From assembly GCA_951406725.2 (NCBI GenBank), contig OX597822.1, positions 111,724,001 to 111,788,000 of the forward strand: a DNA stretch of 64,000 bases, in the 5' to 3' direction. The translations under genes were made by a program, and so were the position numbers. Position 1 is the first letter of the stretch, and each line of letters opens with the position of its first letter. This stretch comes from Octopus vulgaris (taxonomy: Eukaryota). The notes beneath the pieces were generated by a model, which made no database searches, was not told where the DNA came from, and saw only the letters and a program-made list of their open reading frames with translations. Below, one piece after another: positions 42,065 to 54,453 of this stretch.

Positions 42065-42616
42065 TTTGCATCCTTTCGGGGTCGACACCACAGTCAATGT
42101 AATCACTTAATAGCTATGTCTGTCCTTGTTTGTCCCCTCTGTGTTTAGCCCTTTGTTAATAAAGAAATAGGTATTTCGTCTGCCGTTACGTTCTGAGTTC
42201 AAATTCCGCCGAGGTCGACTTTGCATCCTTTCGGGGTCGATTAAATAAGTACCAGTTACGCGCTGGAGTCAATGTAATCGACTTAATACCTATGTCTGTC
42301 CTTGTTTGTCCCCCTCTGTGTTTAGCCCCTTGTGGGTAATAAAGAAATAGGTATTTCGTCTGCCGTTACGTTCTGAGTTCAAATTCCGCCGAGGTCGACT
42401 TTGCCTTTCATCCTTTCGGGGTCGATTAAATAAGTACCAGTTACACACTGGGGTCTATATAATCGACTTAATCCGTGTGTCTGTCGTTGTTTGTCCTCTC
42501 TGTGTTTAGCCCTTTCTGGGTAGTAATGAAATAGGTATTTCGTCTGCAGTTACGTTCTGTGTTCAAATTACGCCGGGGTCGACTTTCTCGTTCATCCTTT
42601 CGGGGTCGATTAAATA
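42065..42616 (+). mobile_element. SINE family A headless concatemer
   Basis: Bodies restart at 42171, 42351 and ~42535. Confidence 0.88.
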
Positions 42617-43139
42617 ACATCATTTACATTATTTACATTTGATGGGTATTTGTCCTCATCTTCTTTGTTGTTAACACAACGTTTAGGTTGATATACTCTT
42701 ATGATATTCACATTACCACATATCTAAATAGGTTTGAAGGCGGTATAAAGGCTGATTCGTTGGAGTATCAGGCAAAGTACATCACGTGATTTATTACAAC
42801 GTCACACTCCGAGTTCAGTACGCAATGAATTTGATTTTCCTGGGTTCTTTTTTCTTTGCTTTGTATTAATTACATTAGAATCGATTAAAACCTTAATATA
42901 TGTCCGTTGGATTAGTGGAAGTATACAAGTGTTCAAGCTGGATGTTTTCGGGTATATGACGTTTTTGCCTTTGTCTTGGACATCATACGTAAATTCTGTC
43001 TGCATGCATACATAACTGCTAGTATTTTACCAAAAGAAGTACCCTGCCCTGCTACACACTGACGAATTTTATTGGCAAAGCAATGCCCATGACAGAACTT
43101 GACCTTGATCATATAAATCTTCTAATATTTAATGTAGGA

Positions 43140-43579
43140 TAAAATTTTTTTCGAAACAAAATTCTTTTCGAAAAAAATGTTATCAATGGCCAGCATATTA
43201 AAAAATACCTTTAAAGGTTAAATTTATAAACAATTCATAAATAAGGGCAAACGAAAAAATTTCTAATGCCAAATATGCCGAAAAATTGGACATATTGTCC
43301 ATTAACCATATAATTTTTTCACAATACGCACGCTACTCGAAAAACGGTCGACAGAAATTTCTAAAAAATTCCATTATTACCATATCGGACCGATTTCAGG
43401 ATTAGCTCATAACAGCCCTCCCTTCGTCAGTGATACATGTGGCAAAAGAAATAAATGAGATACTTACTCATACCCATGGAAGATGGGTATTATATGGTTA
43501 ATGGACAATATGTCCAATTTTTCGGCATATTTGGCATTAGAAATTTTTTCGTTTGCCCTTATTTATGAATTGTTTATAA
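43140..43579 (-). mobile_element. Penelope-like fragment with hammerhead and 91-bp inverted duplication
   Basis: 43224-43314 is the reverse complement of 43489-43579 and brackets the hammerhead; homologous to 50760-50985. Confidence 0.7.
43383..43435 (-). ncRNA. Type I hammerhead ribozyme (core CUGACGA)
   Basis: Minus strand reads UAUCA-CUGACGA-A-GGGA(...)UCCU-GAAA-UCGG-UC^CGAUA, with one stem I mismatch. Confidence 0.65.
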
Positions 43580-43780
43580 CCTTCTAATATATATATTTGT
43601 GTGTATTTAATTCAACGCATACTTTTTCTGCCAGAAAAAAAAGAACCAAACCGATCTCCCTCGTACACGTTGGAATCTTTGGATAGTGTGGATGTAGATA
43701 TGCTTTGTGCAAAAGGAAAAGAGGGTAGTCAATAATTGGAAATAATCTGATATGTGGCCAACTCGATAAACTATAAGTGG

Positions 43781-44142
43781 TGGAGGCGCAATGGCCCAGT
43801 GGTTAGGACAGCGGACTCGCGGTCGTAGGATCGCGGTTTCGATTCCCAGATTGAGCGAAAACACCTAAAGCTCCACGAGGCTCCTGCAGGGGATGGTGGT
43901 GATCCCTGCTATACTCTTTCACCACAACTTTCTCTCACCCTTACTTCCTGTTTCTGTTGAACCTGTATTTCAAAGGGCCGGCCTTGTCACTCTCTGTGTC
44001 ACGCTGAATATCCCTGAGAACTACGTTATGGGTGCACGTGTCTGTGGAGTGCTCAGCCACTTACACGTTAATTTCACGAGCAGGCTGTTCCGTTGATCGG
44101 ATCAAACGGAACCTTCGTCGTCGTAACCGACGGAGTGCTTCC
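43781..44142 (+). mobile_element. SINE family B, near full length
   Basis: A box TGGCCCAGTGG, B box GGTTTCGATTCC; TSD AAACTA[T/C]AAGTGG at 43768-43780 and 44144-44156. Confidence 0.92.
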
Positions 44143-44382
44143 CAAACTACAAGTGGGTTACGAGTGACGATGAGCTATTGGCATCATTACTAATTAGGTA
44201 TATAAGATACTTAAATTATGCAGTTCAACATAATGAACAAAACAATAGGATGGTCACGGGTGGAATACCTTGTATGATAAGCATGCTTGATCACAGATAA
44301 TATATGGCTAAAATGTAATAAAAGAGTGACAAAATAATAAGCGGGACAGGGTATGTCACGTTTTTAACAAAGGTATTCTCTG

Positions 44383-44418
<36 letters not shown>

Positions 44419-44957
44419 GTGCAGTTGTGGTGTAGTTAACAAATATATTTCTTTGAATAAAAAATGACAGTCATAAATTGTGTGAGATTTTCTTGCACAA
44501 ACATATGCGTGTATAGGCTCAATATGAATTTATTCATATAAATATGTGTAAGCCTCTAAATGGCTTTTTTTTTTTAGAAGTATTCCTCTGAACAGAGAAT
44601 CCCCGTATAAAATTACATACGTTTTTATCGCTTGTTAAGTAGCGGGAATAGAGCATTAGCCTTCATATGGATAATCGTATCAAATATCTGTGTCTCATTA
44701 TTATGATCGGATTGATTTCATCCTAATTAATCTGGGAATACAAAGCAGATGAAGGAAACAAAAACACAGGATAAGACTATATTCAATAAAACGTATTTAG
44801 GCTAAAGGGGCAATTACTGCAAGCCATGGTACAGTTTATACGTTTAATTGTTTACCGCCCATTGTACACACATACAATACCTTCACTTTATCTATCTATC
44901 TATCTATCTACATATCTATCTATCTGTCTACATAATCATCTGTCTCTCTCTCACGCT

Positions 44958-44995
<38 letters not shown>

Positions 44996-45180
44996 TATAT
45001 ATCTCTCTCATGTATGTATGTATGTATGTATGTATGTATGTATGTATGTATGTATGTATGTATGTATGTATGTGTTTATATGTGCATGCATCTATATATT
45101 TATGTACATGTGTATGCGTATGATTTTGCGTATGTATGGTTGCATGTACAGGCAAAGGGAGAAAGGTAGACAAAGAGGGA

Positions 45181-45218
<38 letters not shown>

Positions 45219-46109
45219 AATAAAGACAAAAAGAAAGGAAATTAATATATTTATGTCCAAATAGCATTTTTGTCTGCATTGTCTTTCGTAAACTTTAATC
45301 AGGCTTTCAGAATTAGAATAATATGCCAGCATGAATTATTCTGAAGCAATCAATAGTCATAAAACCACCGACAGAGACAACTGATTTGTTTGAACGCCCA
45401 TTTTGTCCTCGATATAAACACCTCACATAATATCATTTGAATGGGAAGCAATACTGCTGAATACAGCCAATTCAAGATGAGAGAGATTATTTCAGCGTAG
45501 GATCCACGACAAGTCTACACAATTTTGATTGTGTATGTAAACGTATTTTTAATTGCGGCACAAGGACAGAAAATACTAGAGAACGCATCTGTCAATTATA
45601 ATGAGCCGCCAGTGCTTAATTAGTACTTATCTTCTAGATCCTTTAAAGATGAGCAACAAAGTGAACCTCGATAGAATTTGAACTCAGAATATAAGGACGT
45701 GCGTGAAGCTGCTAGGCATTTTGGTGTCCAGTCCGCTAACGATTGCGCCAAGTGACCTCCTTAAATTCAAATATAACTGCCCCGTCGGTTACGACGACGA
45801 GGGTTCCAGCTGATCCTATCAACGGAACAGCATACTCGTGAAATTAACTCGCAAGTAGTTGAGCACTCGACGGACACGAACACACTTAATATTGTTCTCG
45901 GGTAGATTCAGCGTGACACAAAATGTGACAAAAAACCCCGTTGAAATAAATATAATACACATTTCTCCCAGCTGAGTGAACTGCAGCAACATGCAATTAA
46001 GTGTCTCGTTCAATGACACGATGTATCACCGGGAATTGAACTCGTGACCTTACGGTCGTGATTCGAATTCCTTAACGGCGCGCCTTCATAATTTCAAGTA
46101 TATATTATA

Positions 46110-46340
46110 TATTTCTTTACTACCCACAAGGGGCTAAACACAGAGGGGACAAACAAGGACAGACAAAGGACTAAGTCGACTACATCGACCCCAGTGCGTA
46201 ACTGGTACTTAATTTATCGACCCCGAAAGGATGAAAGGCAAAGTCGACCTCGGCGGAATTTGAACTCGGAACGTAACGACAGACGAAATACGGCTACGAA
46301 TTTCGCCCGGCGTGCTAACGTTTGTACCAGCTCGCCGCCT
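46110..46340 (-). mobile_element. SINE family A monomer
   Basis: Full head and body; TSD TTCAAGT[A/G]TATATTATA. Confidence 0.9.
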
Positions 46341-46421
46341 TCAAGTGTATATTATAAAGGTTATTTAGCAATAAATTATAAATTTGCACGAATAATAAGG
46401 ATGCATAGAAGTATACATCTA

Positions 46422-46950
46422 TTAGAAATAAGAGCTAATTTTTTTAATTAAACCACCGTACAGCACAAACATAACAGAGAAATAACAGTAGGCGAGGAAA
46501 CTGAAAGAATTAATACATTCAAAAGCAGATCCAAAAATCCGGGTTTCGGCTTTTGGAAAATTTAATCCTTGAGCCTCTTCAGTGTGGACAACCGAGTGAA
46601 AATTCAAGGCAGTCACGTTGAACACCGTTGGTGTACTGGTTTTGTTTTGCGCCAAAAACACAGCACATGGTGCAGAAATATTTATAAACAAAATATTCAA
46701 ACACTAAAATTTGAAATAAGATGTCACTACATTTAATATCATCTCTCTTTTACTCTTTTACTTGTTTCAGTCATTTGACTGTGGCCATGCTGGAGCACCG
46801 CCTTTAGTCGAGCAAATCGACCCCAGGACTTATTCTTTGTAAGCTTCGTACTTATTCTATCGGTCTCTTTTGCCGGCCTCGCCTACTGTTATTTCTCTGT
46901 AATCTTGGTGCTGTATGGTGGCTTAATTAAGACTTTAGCTGTTATTTCTA
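46422..46950. mobile_element. MITE-like element with ~75-bp diverged TIRs
   Basis: ACAGAGAAATAACAGTAGGCGAGG (~46473-46497) is inverted at ~46877-46902; a family C SINE tail lies inside. Confidence 0.6.
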
Positions 46951-47158
46951 GTAGGTGTATGCTTGTATACATCTTTATGCTTCTGGCAAATTTATAATTT
47001 ATAGATAAATAATGCTATTTGCCTGCGAGCCATGTTACTACTGTTGATACCATCAATTTTAAATTTTCTCCACAGATGTAGAAGTGGCTGTGTAGTAAGT
47101 AGCTTGCTTACGAACCACATGGTTCCAGGTTCAGTCCCACAGCGTGGCACCTTGAAGC

Positions 47159-47788
47159 GAAAGCTTCAAAAACCACCAACCCTACGGTAAACACACACGA
47201 GCAATGCAATGAATATTTTAAAAATAGGCCTACCTTCTGGATTGGAACTTGAAGATAGTTTACATAACCCCAAATATATTGTTTTCATGCTGTGCATGAG
47301 AAAACATACTTTTGTAGAAGTCTTGCTAAAAGCCTCGTTATTACTGTTTTTAACAGAAATAATGCTTTCATATAGATACATTTTTTATCGTTTACGTTAG
47401 TTTTCTGTTTAAACGGAGCGGGACGTTTAGAGTTCGAAACGCACACGAGTTGACGTAGTGGATATTCTGGAAATAGGTGTTACTATCTCCAACTGAAGAT
47501 TGCAAAGCATGTTTTCTCATGCACAGCATGAAATCAATTGATATTGGGGTATGTAAACTATCTTCAAATTCCTTCCTGAAGGTAGGCCTATTTTTTAAAG
47601 TGTTCATTGCATTGCTCGTGTGTGTATTTATCTTAGGATTGGTGGTTTTTGAAGCTTTCACTTTCATCTTTGGCAAGCAGTATTTTTACCTTTCTTTTAT
47701 TCAAATATCTAATATTATACCTATTAAGGTAGAAGTCTTGCTAACCGCCTCATTATTCCTGTTTTTACCAGCAATAATGCTTTCATAT
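47159..47788 (+). mobile_element. Penelope-like fragment with hammerhead, ~155-bp inverted and ~60-bp direct duplications
   Basis: 47159-47311 is the diverged reverse complement of 47504-47659; 47313-47372 is repeated at 47729-47788. Confidence 0.6.
47487..47549 (+). ncRNA. Type I hammerhead ribozyme (canonical core CUGAAGA)
   Basis: CUCCAA-CUGAAGA-UUGC(AAA)GCAUG(UUUUCU)CAUGC(ACA)GCAU-GAAA-UCAAUUGA-UA^UUGGGG; stem III is the palindrome AUCAAUUGAU. Confidence 0.75.
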
Positions 47789-47868
47789 TGTAACTTTTAT
47801 TTATTTATGTATGTATATATATATACATACATACATACATATATATGTGTGTGTGTATACATATATGT

Positions 47869-47899
<31 letters not shown>

Positions 47900-49880
47900 G
47901 AGAGAGAGAGAGGGAGAGAGAGAGGGAGAGAGAGAGAGTAAACCTAATGAGATTGCATAATTTCAATGCATTAAAGGGGAGAAGGTATGGTGTCACAAGA
48001 CCGAGAGCTGTTTCGGGGTCTCGGAGTTACTTCTTTACTTCCTAATGTTGGCAACTGTAGTTCACCAGAACTTTGCAACCGGTAACGAATGCAAACAAAC
48101 ACAAGAAAACAAACAACCTTCTTCATCGTCGTGGAGAGAAAAGCGACTATGTTAGAATGTAGAATAATTTCATGCAAAATTTCCTAATTATAAAAAAATA
48201 GTTCAATTACAATTAGGATAGCATCGTATGTAAGGCTAACACATATCTTCTGTCAGACAAATTATGTAGTTATGGATTTACTCCGTCAATACCTAGATAA
48301 AACACCAATGTAGGGTTAAAACAATCAACCTTCTCGCAGGTAATCTGATGCGAAATTGAAGTGGTTATTTGTACAGTCCAGAGTATTGGTTGAAATGAAT
48401 CTCGATTAGTTTTTTATTGCTACTTCATAACATTGTGAGGAATATATATGTGTGTGTGTTTGTGCGCATGCGTGTGTTCCACGGAATCTCTCAATGATAT
48501 GGTTAGCTAATGAAGAAAATGAAATATAAATACTATCCAACCTGCTCGTTGTTTCAGAAGTATTTTTAATGCACGCCTAGAAATGCTAATCACTGCGGGA
48601 CGATATAACAAAAGCGCCCGAGGACAGGCAGCAGAGAGAATTTCGCTTAGATCATAATGAAATCACTTATTGATTAGATATATGAAGGAATGCAATTACT
48701 GGGACGATTTAATTAATATTAAATTACTGTTAAGATTAAAATAATGGAATTTTTCAATCGGCGAAGAAAGGAAATATAATTAAAACGATTTCAGATTAAA
48801 ACGTTCTTTGAAACAAAATATCAGTAATTGCTTTTGTTCCTTTTGTTTTCTTTTTCATCTGCAAGAAAGCGACCTGTCTTCTAAACTCTCTGGATTGGAG
48901 AAAGGTAATTTGTTGAAGAAAGAATATTTATATTTCTAAAATAATTTAGGAATGACCTCTTTTGAACAGGCACACAGCTATTTTGATTGGACAAGTGATA
49001 GGTTTGATGGAATTGATTGCTTATTTAGCATATATCTCATGCAGTTGATAACATTTTAGATGGTATTTTCGCTATCCGATATATGATCTACAAAGTATTC
49101 TTTTGGACAAACAACATAGTTTGAAGAATAAAAAAAAAAAGATGAATCACCATTAGCACATACTTCAAGTTGAAATCCTTGTGTTCTATTATAATTAAAA
49201 AATCGATCTTTAGGAAATCAATATTAGAAATTTTGTAAGCTGAAAAATAATAATATTGCTTTTAATACGAGTAATATGAAAGAGGGATTGGAAATTTGAA
49301 AATACTCAGTGTACGAAAGCAAATATTTTCTTTAAAAATACTCGATAATAAAATCCGATAATTGATTTCAGACGTAAGTACTCAAAATAATATGTATAGC
49401 AGGAAGTTATGCCGTTATAAATCTTTTTTCTCTGGTTTATGAAAACAACTTGAATGAAAAATGGACAACACCACAATTTAACTTACCTAAGTTGCATTAA
49501 TAATATTCGTGATGTTATACAAATCCTAGATATAAATGGAACGTAGTCTATCAAATATTCCTCTTTATCTGACATTAAGAAGGATGTAAATAGGCAAATT
49601 GATTTAGATTTTTAACGGAATTGAATGGGACACATATAATTTACTGGATGAAATATAAGAGAAGTAACGTCCAGTACTACGCAATTTAAGTGACAAATGA
49701 TAGCATTAAAGTAACTTTAGTAATTCAGAAAAGCAACATTTGTATCTACCTATCTATCTATCTATCTATCTCATCCCCCAAAAGAAAAGCTCTACCTTGT
49801 AACTTGTCCCATCTGTGTGCAGCCCTGTGTGGCCAATAAAGAAACTTATCTATCTATCTATTTATCGCTAAGAGTTAACA

Positions 49881-50222
49881 TCCTGAGACCCACTTCGGTC
49901 ACGACACAGACCATGGGATTGCACCTAGAAAGTTACCCTCCCAGGCACAAGTACGGGCAAGGTTGTTTATGGAAGACCAGCAGTTACCCATGCATACCGG
50001 CCTCCACTCTCTACGCCACCAGTGTTACCCAAGGGAAAGGCAACAGCAGATACAGCTTGGCACCTGTGACGTCGCAACTCATTTCTACAGCTGAGTGAAC
50101 TGGAGCAACGTGAAATAAAGTGTCTTGCTCAAGAACACATCATGCAGCTCGGTTCGGGATTCGAGCTCACAACCTCATGATCGTAAGCTCGACACTCTAA
50201 CCACTGAGCCATGCGCCTTCAC
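49881..50222 (-). mobile_element. tRNA-derived SINE family D
   Basis: Minus head GTGAAGGCGCATGGCTCAGTGGTTAGAG...GAGCTCGAATCCC, then CTTGAGCAAGACACTT core. 11-bp TSD AAGAGTTAACA at 49870-49880 and 50223-50233. Partial copy at ~45960-46090. Confidence 0.88.
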
Positions 50223-50703
50223 AAGAGTTAACAACAGGTTATAAAATTATAGAATCTTAGTAAGCTAAAAATCTTAATGAGTTAAAATTGTCTTTGAGAG
50301 GAGAAGTGTTTAACTTCCGAAACGTCCGTGTTCTGTTTATGCTTGTGTTTTCGTATGTCACTTTGTAATGTAGTTGTGTGTATAAAATATTTTGGAAGGA
50401 GAAGATAACTCTTGATGAAAATATATATATGTATGTATAAGCACATACAAACACAAACACACGTACACAAAGAACACACATGCACACATATACAAACAGG
50501 TCTATGCTCATACACACACGCAGGCACGCAGATACGCAGGTGAAGGTGCATGGTTTAATGATAAGGCCAGTTGCACTCGCTATCGTCGTTTCGACTCGCA
50601 GGACGTCTTCGCTTTGATTTTGTGCAAATCATTTTAGTTCAGACTTAGCTAAATGGGCAACTAAACGACGCACTACAAATCCGATCCGGAAAATGTTATC
50701 TTG

Positions 50704-50763
<60 letters not shown>

Positions 50764-50890
50764 ACAAGATAAGGGCAGAATAAAAAATGCTAATGCCAGA
50801 TACGCCGAAACAAAAAAATTGTCGATAACCATTAAATTTATGCGTCTCGAAACAAACCGATAGAAATCTCTAAAAATTCGTTATTACCGT

Positions 50891-50943
50891 ATTGGTCCAA
50901 TTTCGGGGTTAATTCACAACAAATTTTCCCCTCTTCAGCGGCA
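50891..50943 (-). ncRNA. Degenerate hammerhead ribozyme (homologue of 43383-43435)
   Basis: Minus strand reads CUGAAGA-GGGG(...)CCCC-GAAA-UUGG-AC. U16.1 and stem I have decayed; lies in a (TA)n-flanked fragment. Confidence 0.5.
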
Positions 50944-51194
50944 AATACGCGAGATATAAATGAAATACTTATTCATACCCATATATATAAACATAATAAA
51001 ATAGGGTAATAAAAAATAAATTATCATTACTAGTAGCCTAGCACAAAAGACGAATTAGACATTAGACTATATATTATTCATATAGAAATACAATAAAAGG
51101 CTTCTAAATAAGGAAGCGTAGTGCTAGAAACACAAAAAAGGATAAATTCATGAAAGGAATGAAAATTAAAAACATTTACCATCTCATCTATATC

Positions 51195-51229
<35 letters not shown>

Positions 51230-51937
51230 TGTGTGTGTGTACATGTTTGTTTGTGTGTGTGTGCGTGTGTGTGTGTGTGTGTGTACTGTAATGTACCTAA
51301 ACTAGCTAGCGTACACTGTTTGTGATTGTGCTCCGAGATGTATCAGTGAATGCCAGTCTCACTCACTCTCTGTATCGGTTTATATATCGGTTACCATTTA
51401 TTAGATTTATTAGTTATGAACGTAAATGTATAATTGGTTATCATTCTTCGTTTTTCAAAATCCTTTCGAGATTTGTCTTACATCTTCAAATACAGGAAGT
51501 CACTAAATGTACTACGTTTTAATGACAATGGATTCGCTTAATGGTATTCATGCCAATCATTTATAACATTATGCTCATCATAAGAGATCGGAAGTAGAAT
51601 CTTCCTGGTTAATTACGCATATTTCCAGCGGAATATGGATACAACTTGAAATTTTTTAAATCAAAATATTAATAATAATATTCATCTTAATAATTAATGT
51701 GGTTTTATTTTTAGAAGCATTATAATCGAATAACATTTAGAAAAGAATAACTAATGCTCTCTCCATCAATCTCTCATGTTCATGAACTTAATGATATAGG
51801 TGCATTATCACCCCATCACATGTTCTTGATATACACTCCTCTGTCTTAAGTTAAAATCATAACAGAATCTAAAACATTCTATTAGATCAATACATACATA
51901 CATACATACATACATGCATACATATATATATATATAT

Positions 51938-52045
<108 letters not shown>

Positions 52046-52073
52046 GATTCATTTGAATCTAAATTGTTTGCTG

Positions 52074-52112
<39 letters not shown>

Positions 52113-52204
52113 ATTGTTAATTTTTTAATTAAATAACGATCTTTTCAAGTGGCCAACATGGAAATAAAAACCTTCAAAGGTAATAATTATTATTAAAATT
52201 ATTA

Positions 52205-52351
52205 CTTAGGATATCTACGAGATACTGCCATGCTGAAAATAGCAGCCAGGATCTGACTCTAATAGCACTATAAGAGTTCATATAGTGGTCTTGAGTCAGA
52301 ATCAGATCCTGGTTGCTATTTTCAGCATGGCAGTATCTCGTAAATACCCTA
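52205..52351. repeat. Short foldback (~55-bp arms), MITE-like
   Basis: TACGAGATACTGCCATGCTGAAAATAGCAGCCAGGATCTGA pairs with TCAGATCCTGGTTGCTATTTTCAGCATGGCAGTATCTCGTA. Confidence 0.85.
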
Positions 52352-52371
52352 AGTTATAATATATAGATAGA

Positions 52372-52439
<68 letters not shown>

Positions 52440-52452
52440 GAGAGAGAGAGAG

Positions 52453-52509
<57 letters not shown>

Positions 52510-54241
52510 TGGTTATGCATGCGTGTCTGTGCGTTGAAGCTAAATTTGCAAGTTTATGTATTGGCACATACATACAGAGGTGAATGTGTGTGAATGTGTG
52601 TATGTTTGTGCTCACGTTAATTTTACTGATGGCACAATTTCATGATTTCCCAAATGAAACGTTGTTGACACCAACCCACTTTCTATATTAAAATGAGAAA
52701 ACAAAATAGTTGTATAATATACAATGCACAGTTAGACTACGACTTGTCGGAAAAGGTTAGAACAAGGGACGGCAAGCAGCCAAAAGTCAAATAAAGACAG
52801 CAATGAAACAAAACGTACATTCATATTACACAAAGTACAATGATAAAAGGCAGAAAAGTGAACATTAAAAAGCTCAACGAATTGAAGAGATTGCACGGGT
52901 ACGTCAGGAGTAGCAGTAGAGAATTTCATGAAGTACTGGATTCTAGAACGCTGCAGTCTCTCGGCTGAATTGACAAGTGACATGCGTAATTTATTCCCTG
53001 CCTCCACAATTCTATGTATAAACAAATGCTACTGAAAGCCTTGAAGGCGCCGCTAATTTTGGATTATGCAAGCATGTCTACGAGTGATTGTTATATTTAA
53101 TTCTGAAAAGGTGGTCGAAGTTATTGTCGGAAAAGGTAGTGGATTTTCTTGTCGGCTTCTACCATGTGAGCTACTGGATGCCAAAACTTCCTTGCATCGA
53201 TGTCAAGGAAAAAGAATATATCCAATATGTAGTGACCGAGATAAGGTATGTGTCTGATTGCACATCTCTGGCAAGTTTCCAGTAGATCGATACTTCAACA
53301 AGATGTGTGTTTCAGATTAAAGATGCAAACTCTAAGTATGGAAGTACCCTAGCAGGTGGGCGTCTGATAAAAATTTCCGACTCACGGATCCTAAAATACC
53401 TTCAGGGTTTAATGCGGTTTTAAAAATGTGTTTCGTCCAGCGCAGGTGATTGTTAACAACAATGCCCAGTTTACTATCACCAGCAAATCATTCAAGTAGA
53501 TGTAAAAATGTGTCGCTCAAGAAGGACTTTACCTTGAACAATTTTCATGTTTCATATTTTGATGCTTTTATTAAATTCATTCGGTTATTAAGCATAAATA
53601 AGTCTTGGAATTAAATGGTTTTGATTTACTGTCAGGTGACTTTTGGCCAACCACATATACAGAATATACATGGTTGGCCAAAAGTCCCCCGACAGTAAAT
53701 CAACATTCCATAAATACTATTTGTAATTCTGTACTGACTCGATTGGGAAAATGTGTCGCTCAAGGACTTCAGTTTGAACAATTTTCATGATGTTTCATAT
53801 TTTGATGCTTTTATTAAATTCATTCGGTTATTAAACATAAATAAGTCTTGAGGCAGTATCTGCATCAGCTTTTATCTTCCCTTATTCCTTATTATCTATT
53901 CCTGGCGTATTCTTATCAGATATTAATTGAGAATATTGAGTACAAATATCAATTTTCATAATTATGAATATGAGTATTTCCTTCGATAATTTCACCAAGA
54001 TTAAATTGTAGATTTTCTAGGAGAGGTTGACATAAAATACACAATAAGTATTGTTTTTATTCTTATGGTTTCAAATTGATGTCGGTTTCGAAGGTTTTAT
54101 CTTTTTTGAAATGTAAGAAATACTGCTTCTCCCTGAGCGTATTTTAATATGAAATTGACCATTATAAAATTCAACAGAGGTTCGATGACATCATATGTCT
54201 CTGAATTCACAGAATGAATAAATCATATAAGTATATATATG

Positions 54242-54453
54242 TTTCTTTATTACCCACAAGGGACTAAACACAGAGGGGACAAACAAGTCGATTACATCGG
54301 CACTAGTGCGTACCTGGTACTTAATTTATCGACCCCGAAAGGATGAAAGGCAAAGTCGACCTCGGCAGAATTTGAACTCAGAACGTAACGGCAGACGAAA
54401 TACGACTACGCATTTCGCCCGGCGTGCTAACGTTTCTGCCAGCTTGCCGCCTT
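54242..54453 (-). mobile_element. SINE family A monomer
   Basis: Reverse-complement match; flanking direct repeat ATAAATCATATAA.TATATATA. Confidence 0.88.

Noticed and set aside
42620-42700. ACAACGTTTAGGTTGATATAC, possibly the 3' half of another hammerhead on the minus strand
   Set aside because: The core half is missing, so the fold cannot be supported from this window.
43781-43850. tRNA-like sequences at SINE heads (also 36280-36351, 50150-50222, 56799-56870)
   Set aside because: A/B boxes are present, but they continue into SINE bodies with TSDs; not called as tRNA genes.
47392-47676. Minus-strand ORF faintly resembling a GIY-YIG C-terminus
   Set aside because: No GIY/YIG motifs are visible, it is antisense to the hammerhead, and the similarity is too weak to call.
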